A stretch of 64,000 nt of DNA from Rebecca billardiae RCC1528 (taxonomy: Eukaryota > Protista > Haptophyta), in assembly GCA_965240325.2 (NCBI GenBank), contig OZ251236.1, positions 744,001 through 808,000 on the forward strand, written 5' to 3'. Shown here in pieces: positions 43,108 through 52,670 of the stretch; the stretch's first letter is position 1, and each line of letters opens with the position of its first letter. The position numbers were made by a program, and so were the translations under genes. The notes beneath the pieces are model-generated. The model searched no databases and was not told the origin of the DNA. It saw nothing but the letters and a program-made list of their open reading frames with translations.

Positions 43108-45615
43108 TCAGATATGCCAGCTCTCCGCCGCGAGCGCCTCTCGGATGGCGGCTCGCGTGCGCGCGTTGAACGCCTCGATGCCGTCGTCGTCGCCGCGCTC
43201 GGCGCCCGCGCCGCGCGGGTCGGCCGCCGACCCGCCCCTGCGGCGCGAGCGGTGGCGCGGCGAGCCGTACCGCGCGCGCACCTCGTGCAGGATCACGTCC
43301 CGGTCCGCGTCGCGCGGCACGCCCGCCGTGCGCACGTCGTACTGCCCGAGCTGGTCGAGCACGCGCGGCCGGTTCGCGGCGAGTGCCGAGATGAGCCGCG
43401 CGCGCTCGGCGGGCGCGATCGCGACCGAGAGCCCCGCGGGGCCGAGCGGCCCGCCGCCGTCGACGGTGCGCAGCAGCGGCAGGTCGAGCGCGTGCATCAG
43501 CTCCCACAGGCACCACGCGCGCGTGAGCGCCACGGGCTTGTCCCAGGGGTCGAGGACGAGGACGACCCGCCCGACCCGGCGCTCGAGCGCGCCCAGATAG
43601 ATCAGGTCGGCCTCCTGCGCAAACTGGCGGAGGCAGACGAGGTCGAGCCAGTAGAAGATGGAGGAGGTGTCGAGGTCGTGCAGCGCCGCGTGCGCGTGCA
43701 GCGCCTCGACCATCTTGCGGAAGTCGCACGCGTGCGCGTGCGAGACGAAGTGCGTCGCGAGCCCGACCGCCTGCGCGCCCGACTCGCTCAGCGTGCCGAC
43801 GTGCTGCTCGGCAAGCGAGCTGCGCAGCCGCTGCCGGAAGAGGTGCTCCCAGAGGCGCTCGGAGACCTCGTACGCGGTCTCGCCCGGCCGGACGCGGAGC
43901 ATGCGGCACAGGTCGTCGAGGAAGTCCGGGCTCACGCCGAGCAGCAGGTGCGGCGGCAGCGGGCCCATCGCGAGCCGGCGCAGCTGCCACGGAATCGGAA
44001 GCCGCAACGGCCGCTCCCAGATCGAGGGCAGTACCCGCTTCGAGCCCGGCCGCGCCTCCGCGCCCGCCGCGGCGCAGCCAGCGCACGGGTGGCTGAGCCC
44101 GAGCGCGCGGAGCAGCGCGCGCGCACACACGCCGAGCAGCGCGTGCAGCGGGCCCGGCGCGGACGCGCGCTCGCCGCCGGCGCGCAGCGTCGCGCCCGGC
44201 GGCGCGCGCAGCGCCGCGCAGTGAGCGTAGGATCGGCAGTTGAGAGCGCTCAGCATGCACAGCCCGCCGCCTAGCCGGCCGCGCGGGCGGAGGGCCCACC
44301 ACGGCGCGCTGAGCGCGCACGCGAGGGCGAGCGCGCCGCTCGCCAGCGCGACGCGCAGGTGCGCGCGCACGCGCGAGAGCACCGGCCCCGCGATCGCGCG
44401 GTGCCGGCGCGCGCGCTGCACGCCCGCGGTCGCGCGCGCGCTGAACGCGAGCGCGGCGCTCGGCAGCACTACCCAGCTCAGGCCGAGCCTGCCGAGCTGC
44501 GCGCGCGCGCCGGGCGCGGCGGTGGCCGAGGCGAGGGCGGCGGAGAGCTCGAACGCGACCGCCGCGCCGCTCGCGCCGAGCACGCCACGCCGCGCGCGGA
44601 GCGAGAGCGCGAGGGACGGGAGGCCGCCGGCGGCGGCCGCGTCGAAAAAGGCGACGGCGAAGGTGCATGCAGCGACCGCGCCGCAGCCCGCCGGCATGGC
44701 GACGAGCGTGAGCGCGAGCGGCGACGGGAGGAGCGGCTGCGCGCCGCCGCCGTCGAGGAGCGCGTGCAGCAGCCGCTCCACGCACACCACGCCCTCCAGC
44801 GCCAGCGTGAGCCCGGGCGCGCCCAGCACCCAGGCCCAGCGCACAGACCACGGAGCGGCCGCGCCGCCGCCGGCGGCCCCGTGCGCGGCCGGCGCGGCCG
44901 CCGCCGCCTGATGGCTCATCGCGGCGCGTTGGAAGGCGAGGATGCGCGAGACGAGCAGCTCGAGCGTGAGCAGCGCCTGCAGCGCGACGAGCACGCGCGC
45001 GCACATCCACGCGCCACCGTCCCACGCCGCTGCCCACGCGCCGCCCACTCTCGCGGGCGCGAGCGCGGCGCGCACAGCCGCGCGGCTGCGGGCCAGCGCG
45101 TCGAGCAGGGGCGCGGCGTCGGCGGCGAAGAGGTCGACGGCGGGCGCGCGCGGGCGCAGAGAGCGCGCGTCGCCGCGCTCCCACGCGCGCGTCTGCCCGC
45201 CCGGCACGGGCTGCAGCGCGCGCGCGAGCGCCGCGCCGCCCGTTGGCACGTGCGCCCAGCCGGCCGCGCCGTGCGCCTCGATGGCGGCGCGCGCGAGCTG
45301 CTCGGCAGAGCACGCGCCGCGGGCGGGCGGCTCGGCGATGACAATGGCGCGTGCCAGCACGCGCGCGTCCGCGCCCACGTACCGCGGCGGGCACCCCGCC
45401 GACGCGTCCCAATCGGCGGCGGGGGCCCAGACGATTGGCGCGGCCGCCACGCGCTCCGCGCCCGCCGCAAACGCGTAGCTCGGCGCGGCGAGCCGCAGGC
45501 CGACGAGCTCGGCCGGGCCGGCGATGATGGTCAGCTCAGCGCGTACCAGACCGGCAGCGGCCGCGGCGAAGACGAGCGCCTCGCGGCGCGCCCGCCGCCC
45601 GCCGCGGACGCGCAT
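43108..45615 (-). CDS. Signal peptide, PA-like ectodomain, 7TM, C-terminal HET/TIR-like domain; ~835 aa
   Basis: Single ORF, ATG at 45615. Seven hydrophobic segments at ~45009-44210. C-terminal motifs ATHFVSHAH, FYWLDLVCLRQ and LVLDPWDKPVALTRAWCLWEL. Confidence 0.85.
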   Translation of the reverse strand: MRVRGGRRARREALVFAAAAAGLVRAELTIIAGPAELVGLRLAAPSYAFAAGAERVAAAPIVWAPAADWDASAGCPPRYVGADARVLARAIVIAEPPARGACSAEQLARAAIEAHGAAGWAHVPTGGAALARALQPVPGGQTRAWERGDARSLRPRAPAVDLFAADAAPLLDALARSRAAVRAALAPARVGGAWAAAWDGGAWMCARVLVALQALLTLELLVSRILAFQRAAMSHQAAAAAPAAHGAAGGGAAAPWSVRWAWVLGAPGLTLALEGVVCVERLLHALLDGGGAQPLLPSPLALTLVAMPAGCGAVAACTFAVAFFDAAAAGGLPSLALSLRARRGVLGASGAAVAFELSAALASATAAPGARAQLGRLGLSWVVLPSAALAFSARATAGVQRARRHRAIAGPVLSRVRAHLRVALASGALALACALSAPWWALRPRGRLGGGLCMLSALNCRSYAHCAALRAPPGATLRAGGERASAPGPLHALLGVCARALLRALGLSHPCAGCAAAGAEARPGSKRVLPSIWERPLRLPIPWQLRRLAMGPLPPHLLLGVSPDFLDDLCRMLRVRPGETAYEVSERLWEHLFRQRLRSSLAEQHVGTLSESGAQAVGLATHFVSHAHACDFRKMVEALHAHAALHDLDTSSIFYWLDLVCLRQFAQEADLIYLGALERRVGRVVLVLDPWDKPVALTRAWCLWELMHALDLPLLRTVDGGGPLGPAGLSVAIAPAERARLISALAANRPRVLDQLGQYDVRTAGVPRDADRDVILHEVRARYGSPRHRSRRRGGSAADPRGAGAERGDDDGIEAFNARTRAAIREALAAESWHI

Positions 45616-46671
45616 CGGACAGCCGCCCCCTCCGCTCCAAGTCGGGTCGCTCGGAGCGAGAGAAGCGTGGCGTGGTGTTTCGGGCCGGCGGCTCGCGAGA
45701 TACAATCACCAACCACGGCTTAGGGATTCTGTCATAGCGATCCGGCGTCAGGCGGTTCATTGATCAGAGAGTGGTTTACCCACGTATGTCCTTGTACCCT
45801 TGGCCGGGCCGCCCTGCGCCACCCAGCCGCCTTGACCACCTCTCGACGCGCGTCGCCACCCAGCCGCGCATCGTCGCGGCGTGCGCCTCCATCGCCCTAT
45901 CCCCGACGCACCTCAGCAGTCGGCGTATCCGCCCGATCCGGACATCTTCAGGGCGCGGAGCGGGATCTGCGCGACGAGCCACCACCAGCGCCTCGAGCGT
46001 GGCAGCGCGTCAGCCCCCGTCATTACGTGTCCCCCCAGCATCATCACGCTCAACTTGTGCCCGTGCGCGCCTGACTGCGCGCAGCCAACGCCCGCGGGTC
46101 CATATCACTCGCGCGCGAGTGCGTCACGGGATCGATGCGCAGGTCGCGCATCTCGCGCTCGACGGACGCGACGATCGCTCGGAGCGCCGCGCCGTCCACG
46201 CGGCTGTTGAAGTGTGCTCGTCGAGCAGGTTCCTCGGCCAGAGTAACGAGCTTGATTGAACAAGCGGCTGTGAGCGCATGTGCCGACGAGCAATGTCGGA
46301 CGCATTCGGATCTCGCGAGCTATCAAACGATGACTAGTGTCCGTATCACCGCACGGTATGCGCATGTCTATCGCGTTTCGTTGGGCACACCTCAGTCCTG
46401 CGATCATCATTCGTCAGTTGTCAGTATTCTCAACCTTAAGCACACTCGAGTCTCGACAGCCTGAAACTGCGCGCGCGCGCCGATCCATGTGCACAGGCAC
46501 CAGCTTGGTCGGCGTGAGGCGGCCTGGCGCGGGACAGCCATATGCGGATCTTCATCCCGGACTGAATCGCCACGGGCGAGCGCCAGACTCGGCCCCGGTG
46601 CCGACTGTTCCGCGCACCACACGCACGTGCTCGAGGCGGGGGCGCGGCCACGGCTACTGTACGGTACTGGC

Positions 46672-46780
46672 CAGGGATGGGCGGATTCGCCGAATGGCCT
46701 CAGCGCGCGAATTCGCCGAATTCGCCGAATTCGCGGAAATTCGCCGAATAATATATGGCGAATTTCCGGGAATCGAATTT
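46672..46780. mobile_element. hAT-like terminus remnant with (GA)ATTCGCC subterminal repeats
   Basis: Begins CAGGGATGGG (the Ac TIR begins CAGGGATG), followed by ~6 ATTCGC(C/G) motifs, one inverted. No convincing partner end or TSD. Confidence 0.4.
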
Positions 46781-47708
46781 GTTTGCGCCATGTATCACCC
46801 CAACAAGAGGCTACGAGTGTCAGTATGACGTGTGGCACAGCCCGTATACTACCAGGGACCATGCCCAATCTGTGGCGCCTCTGTGCAGCCTAGCTCTGGG
46901 ACGCGTGCGGCTTGGGTCAGACTTGCGCGCCTCACCGGTGTGGACTGTGACGCGTGACTCGGGCTGACCGACGGACCTCAGCCGCCAGCTCCTCGGTCTT
47001 CGCTAAGTTTGCGGCGTTTCTCACTGCATGCGTGCCATGAAGCAATGTGCTGGAGTCTGCCGCGCCCCCCGGCGAACACCAGCCTCGCCGACCCCACCAC
47101 CAATGCCGGCGCGCAGCTGTCCGTCGACCTTGATTCTGACGCTGCTCGGCACGCCGGGAGTGTGCACGCAACGCCCGCGCCAGAAGTCGTCTCGCCGCTC
47201 GCCTGAGGCCTCGTCAGAGTGCACGTCGGTGCCCTCGTAGTGGGCATGCGCTACGTTACCCTGAGCGTCACCGACGCGTGCAAGGCCGAGCTGCTCGCAG
47301 CCGCCTAGTTCAACGCAGCCGCCGGCGCCGAGCGGGGACGCGCCCTCTCCGCGCTGGACGGCTGGCTGCTGCCGCCACTGCGGAGGCATGCAAGCGCCGA
47401 GCGCATCATATTCTGCAGCCCGCTTGGCGAGTTCGCGTCGTACGCCGCTCGCCTCGGCGCGGCGGGCGCGCACGCGGCGGCGCGCAGGTCGCATGCGCCG
47501 ATCGGCGGCCGTCGGCCGTCGCGCCGGCCGGGAAGATACTGAGTCCGGCAAGGGCAATACCGACCGGATCGGGGCATCGCCCAGCGTTCGCGAATTCACA
47601 TCAATTCGGGCGTGCCGCGCCCTGCAGCGCGATCTCCCTGTTGATCTCGAAACGGGGGTCTCGAATGATCGAATCTCGATCGATGAATCAGAATTCTTAA
47701 CCAAAACC

Positions 47709-47835
47709 TTTTTAAATTCCCCTTTATAACGGGCTCCGGGTGATCAGACTGGCGGCCGAAGCCTCCAGCCCTACCCTGGCCAGCCCCCAACCAACCACCA
47801 CCCTCACCCAACCTCGAACCACTGACCGATACACC
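47709..47835 (-). mobile_element. Short 3' fragment of the retroelement, copy C (head-to-tail with copy D)
   Basis: TTTTT-aaattcccctttataacgggctcc...actgaccgatacacc, nearly identical to the start of copy D. Confidence 0.85.
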
Positions 47836-48550
47836 TTTTTTTTTTTTAAATTCCCCTTTATAACGGGCTCCGGGTGATCAGGCTGGCGGCCGAAGCCTCC
47901 AGCCCTACCCTGGCCAGCCCCCAACCAACCACCACCCTCACCCAACCTCAAACCACTGACCGAGACACCTAGTGTCTTGACACCACTCCACTGTGGACAG
48001 CCCGCCTCCAGAGGGGGCGGGGGTATGCCATTGCCAACAGCATACGAGCCCAACACTGTGGGGTGGTCCCAGGTACAAGCAGTGTACGGCCTTGCAATTC
48101 AAGATCATCGAGTTTGAGCCGAGTCGGCAGCAGGGGCACCCCCTAGGGTGCCCCAGTGTGCCCGTGTGGGCAGAGGGCCAGCCACTAGCCGATCCCTGCG
48201 CGGGGAAGGGAGCTGAGGGGACTGTCATCGAGCCCAGTAGCTGGGCAGGGGTCTGGGCCACTGGCCCTGGCAGCGAGGCGCCTGTATTTCACTCGTGCAG
48301 CTATGGAGGCAGAGGGGGTCATGTCAGACATGTGTGCTACATCGGGCATCAAGTCCGGGCGTGGGCCGCTGTAGGAAGCAAGCAAAGTGGTGGCGATGGC
48401 TAATACGCCTGGGGAGGTGTCGTTCGCTCGCCTCTTCCTGCTGCGCTGTGCAGGGGGTAGCGTGCTCCGCTGCGGCACATTTGCCTGGCGGGGTGGGCAG
48501 TGTCGTTTGGGCGGGGGGCTGTCCTGCTGCGCTTGACTAGGAGGAGGCAG
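47836..48550 (-). mobile_element. 3' fragment of the non-LTR retroelement with a 12-nt A-tail, copy D
   Basis: T12 at 47836-47847, then ~700 bp co-linear with 14980-15748. A minus frame reads LDDLELQG...CWARMLLAMAYPRPLWRRAVHSGVV, reminiscent of RTE-clade ORF ends. Confidence 0.8.
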
Positions 48551-48718
48551 CCCGCGCCTGAAGACCCGAAAGTTCGAGCGAGGGCCGAAACCATCTAATG
48601 AGCAAGATTATCATTGTCCATGGTTTGTGCGCCTAGATCATCATAGGATTGATTGAGTGATCGAGTATGGGGGTACAGTATTATCTACTCTACTTAATCG
48701 TGTAAAGTGGATCCGCGG

Positions 48719-48898
48719 CACAGATGTCGGGTTAGTTACGAAAATGCCCACAATTCGGAGTTTTCTCTATGAAAAACCATCGGTTCGGCTGTTTTTACTC
48801 GCTAAACCAACGGTTCGACGGATGTTACTCCGAAAAACCATCGGTTCGCCGGGTTTTACTTGACCAAACAATCGTTTCGACGAGTTTTACCCACTGTG
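48719..48898. repeat. Five 30-31-bp AT-rich tandem units bounded by CACAG...CACTGTG ends (MITE-like)
   Basis: Core cggttcg/cgtttcg/caattcg at 48751, 48781, 48811, 48842 and 48873. Ends are CACAGATG (48719) and CACTGTG (48892-48898). Confidence 0.75.
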
Positions 48899-49289
48899 CC
48901 TGCAGTTGGGACAGTCCTCGCACGTAGTGGCCTCGAAAGAAAAGATTCGGAGTACGCTTTTGTCGAGTGATGGCTGCGCGATGTATTATGTTTTCCGCTC
49001 GAGTTGCCGTTCGTCCGAAGGAAAATTCTTCTCGACGAAACATGGAGGGCCAATCAGGGTCCGTCGATCGATTACAGTTTACTATGTTTTAACGTGCACA
49101 CTTGTCGACGCGACTCAAGTTAGGCGGCTCATTTGAACAGCAACCGCCGGATGATACTCGCTCGTCAAGTAGAGGGGCCCGCTCGGGCCAGGCTGACCGC
49201 CGTGACGGGAGGTCGAGATGCCACCGCGGGCGCCGCGGGGCTGCGACCGAGGGTGTGGACCGTCGGGGTGATGTGTGAGCAGGATGCTC

Positions 49290-50024
49290 ACGCCCTGTCG
49301 CCTGCAACTGTCGACGGCCGCCCTCCACCTGCACCTCGCCTGCACCTCGCGACCGTGCGGCCGATGACCGATCTGTAACGCTCGACGATTGATCCGACGG
49401 CTCGACGAGTGATCGAGTGATCCGCACGACGGGCGTCGCCTGCAACTGATAACGGCCGCTCTCATGTCCGGTGCTCAGGAGGCGCACGCTTGACGCGTGT
49501 CCTGCGCGGTTGTCACCTGCCCCGGCGGTTGCAACTCTCTACATCTCTCCTCCGGACGGAGTGGCGCGCCGGTCCGTGTTGCGACGGCGTTGCTCGACTG
49601 GATCTGCGCACCGGGCCTCGCCTGTAACTGTTTTGATGCGTGCCGTGCCCTGCGCGGCTGGCACCTGGCTGCCTGCCCCTGCTGCTGCAACTCTCGGCGG
49701 CGGCGCGCAGATCAGTGTTGCTCGACTGGATCTGCGCACCGGGCGTCGCCTGCAAGTGTTTGCGGCCGTCCACCAGCCCTACAGCCCGAGGCCAGTGGGA
49801 GCACGCGCTTGATGCGTGCCGTGCCCTGCGCGGTTGTCACCTGGCTGCCTGCCCCTGCTGCTGCAACTCTCGACGGCGGTGCGCAGATCAGTGCTGCTCT
49901 ACTGGATCTGCGCCCCGGGCCTCGCCTGCAGCTGTTTATTTACGGCCGTCCACCAGCCTTACACGGTCCGAGGCTCAGTAGACAGTAGGGGCGCGCGCTT
50001 GATGCGTGCCCTGCGCAGTTGTCA
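49290..50024. repeat. Degenerate tandem repeat, 143-190-bp units (3-4 copies plus partials)
   Basis: The ttgaYgcgtg anchor occurs at ~49490, 49633, 49809 and 49999; the actggatctgcgc block occurs three times. Confidence 0.88.
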
Positions 50025-50194
50025 ACGCAGGCTGTAGCGCTGTCCGCACCGCTACCGGTATACGAACCAAGCGAACGTCTGAAGGTGGTCGTGAAGCTGC
50101 CGCTGCCGGCGTGCAGCGGCGGCTGCAACTCACTCTCTAGTCATACATAATGTCATTTGGGCAATAATGGCGTTTGGGATACGACACACACGTG

Positions 50195-50233
50195 TTTTAA
50201 AATTCCCCTTTATAACGAACGGGCTCCGGGTGA
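50195..50233 (-). mobile_element. Extreme 3' stub of the retroelement, copy E
   Basis: tttt-aaaattcccctttataacg(aacg)ggctccgggtga, about 150 bp upstream of the next ATG. Confidence 0.8.
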
Positions 50234-50384
50234 GCACCGTCGCGTTTCCATGATGATACGAACCGCCACAAGACTCCTCATTCATTATGAATCAGGTTCA
50301 GGGACGACTCTACGAGTGAATCATGTGGAATCACGAGTAAAGGTGCAGGGGCGAACCGCGAGATTTATTCTGCCCACGACGACG

Positions 50385-52175
50385 ATGACGAATCCTCCCC
50401 GGCGCGGGTGGGTCCTCGCCCTGGCGGCGTGCGCGCAGCTCGGTGCGCGCGCCGACCTCGTCGTCCTGCGGTCGCCAGACGCCCCTGAGCTCGTCAACTA
50501 CTCCGCGCCGTTCTGCCGCCACTTCTACCCCAACTCGGACCGCACTGACTACAGCTTTGACGCGGACGTCGTCGCGATCAAGACCTCAGACATCGATTGG
50601 ACCGGGTGCAAGCTGCGCTACACGGGCGACGAGGACCTGGAGGGCAAGGTCGCCATCTGGGTCCAGCCCCTCTCGTACAAGTGCGGAACCACGACAATCC
50701 TCAGGTATGGGCGCACGTGGGGCCTCGCCGGCCAGCTGACGTACTACCCGGACGTCATCAACACGGGGCTCCGGCACATCTCCGTCGGCTACTGGCGCAA
50801 CGTGTGGCGCACAAGGGCTCCGCGCGCCGACGACCCCTACGTCGGGCCCAGCGGCGAGTTCACGGCGCGCGCCTCCATCCCGATTGTCGAGGCGCTGCTC
50901 GCCGGCCAGAAGATCAGGGCGCGGATGGCGCGCACGGAGGTGCTGTGGGAGGCGTTTGAGCACGGCGCGCTCTTTGCGCTCTGGCGGGCGTTCATCATCC
51001 TCCTCGCCGCCTTCTGCATCGAGATGGCCGCGACGCGGCTCTACGCCTTCATCAAGCAGGACGGCGGCAAGGTCCACCTCACCGTGCCCAACCTCGTGAT
51101 GATGGGCAGCATCGTCGCCAACACGGTGCGCATCCTGTACATCGGCCTGGGCCCGATCTTCACGACGCCCACGCTCTCGGTGCCGGCGAGCAACGCCATG
51201 ATGGTGCTGTCGGCATCGACGGAGTACTGGACGTCGGCGGTCTTCGTGAGCTACGTCTGGCTCGGCCTCGCCAAGGGCGGCCTCGCTCAGCCCAACCTGC
51301 AGCGCGTCACAGCGCGCACTCTCCTCGCGATCGTGACGTGCGCCTTCGTCGTGGACATTCTGGGTGCGACGATGTACATGTTCGTCTACGGCCTGGTGCG
51401 GGCGCTGCGCGGCGCGGGTGGGCGGTGTGCACGCCGAGCCCGCGTCGGCATCCCACGCGCGCCCTCCCGCGCGCGTGCTCACTCGCCCCCTGCCCCCGCA
51501 CCCCTCGTCGCGCCCTGCGCACCCCGCGCACCCGCACCGAGCAGTATCAGGTGCGTGTGCGGGCGGTTCGCAACGCGGATGGGCGCAGGGCACGCCGGGG
51601 CGCCGAGCGCCATCGTCATCCCGCGCGCGCCCGGCCGCGCGCGCGCGCTCACTCGGCCCCTGCCCTCACGCCGTCGCACCCGCACCTCGCGGCAGGCCAT
51701 GACTGCCAACTCGTGCGTCTTCCCCGGCCTCATTGCGATCTTCTGCATCCGCGCAGACATGAAGCTGCAGAAGCTCGCCGGGCACCTTCCATCCGTGCCG
51801 CTGATGAAGCGCATCCGCTTCAAGCTGCGCGCGTCCATCCTCCTCTCGCTCGCCTTCGTGCCGGTGCCGCCCCTCACGTTCATCCTCATGTTCAACCCGT
51901 ACACGGTGGTCCTCATCTTCACGTACGGCATGTGTGTGCTCACGGCCACGTCGCTCGTGCAGATGACCACGTTCTGGCCGACAGCGACCAAGGTGCCGCG
52001 CGGGCCGCTCCTCTACTGCCTGGAGACGCTGGCTGGTCGCCGCATCTTCACCTCACTCATCGGCCCCAACTCGGCGCTGCCTGTCAACGAGATCGAGCCA
52101 GCCACGGAGGAGCAGAAGGCAGCTGAGGAGGCGTCCCGCGTGCCGGCGCAATTCATCGAGATCACGCGCCTCTGA
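50385..52175 (+). CDS. Signal peptide, PA-like ectodomain, 7TM receptor (paralog of 43108-45615, no HET domain). Exons 50385-51395, probable 51545-51550, 51696-52175; ~498 aa
   Basis: Signal GWVLALAACAQLGARA; PA pattern GC...DLEGKVAI...C...GLAG...IVEALLAGQKIRARM; seven TM segments once the non-coding-looking 51396-51695 (GT...AG) is removed. Confidence 0.87.
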   Translation: MTNPPRRGWVLALAACAQLGARADLVVLRSPDAPELVNYSAPFCRHFYPNSDRTDYSFDADVVAIKTSDIDWTGCKLRYTGDEDLEGKVAIWVQPLSYKCGTTTILRYGRTWGLAGQLTYYPDVINTGLRHISVGYWRNVWRTRAPRADDPYVGPSGEFTARASIPIVEALLAGQKIRARMARTEVLWEAFEHGALFALWRAFIILLAAFCIEMAATRLYAFIKQDGGKVHLTVPNLVMMGSIVANTVRILYIGLGPIFTTPTLSVPASNAMMVLSASTEYWTSAVFVSYVWLGLAKGGLAQPNLQRVTARTLLAIVTCAFVVDILGATMYMFVYGLVRALRGAGGRCARRARVGIPRAPSRARAHSPPAPAPLVAPCAPRAPAPSSIRCVCGRFATRMGAGHAGAPSAIVIPRAPGRARALTRPLPSRRRTRTSRQAMTANSCVFPGLIAIFCIRADMKLQKLAGHLPSVPLMKRIRFKLRASILLSLAFVPVPPLTFILMFNPYTVVLIFTYGMCVLTATSLVQMTTFWPTATKVPRGPLLYCLETLAGRRIFTSLIGPNSALPVNEIEPATEEQKAAEEASRVPAQFIEITRL

Positions 52176-52556
52176 ACGTCGTCCGAAAGGATGATGATCT
52201 GATGAGTTACATGGGTGCCATGCGCAGCAGATCTACGCGATGACCTGCACTCTGCAGCTGCCAGTGGACCGCACCACAGCGCAGCTGCACAACTATCAGC
52301 CATCACCGGGCCGTCAGGCTGAATCACTATAGTCATCGTGCCAACTACCGTACTCAATTATATATATATAACAGTTTGACACGACCACGTGACAGACGTG
52401 ACTCACGAGTCACGTCATCAGCGCAGCGCAGTACGGACGACATCAGATATGTCTCACTCACACACGTCATCGTCAGCAAAAATCTGCAATAGAGAAGAGA
52501 GTCATCGAGACGATGCTGAGAGAGATCGAGACGAGAGCAGACGACGAGTAGAGTAT

Positions 52557-52569
52557 AGAGAGAGAGAGC

Positions 52570-52600
<31 letters not shown>

Positions 52601-52630
52601 CAGTGAGAGAGAGACTGAGAGAGACGAGAG

Positions 52631-52661
<31 letters not shown>

Positions 52662-52670
52662 CGAGTAGAG
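52557..52670. repeat. Interrupted (GA)n microsatellite
   Basis: Seen directly. Confidence 0.95.

Noticed and set aside
48729-50024. Repeat arrays as CRISPR-like loci
   Set aside because: Degenerate tandem units without unique spacers, eukaryotic context, no cas genes.
50157-50384. N-terminal extension of the 7TM ORF
   Set aside because: TTG start, runs through retroelement stub E; the signal peptide follows ATG 50385.
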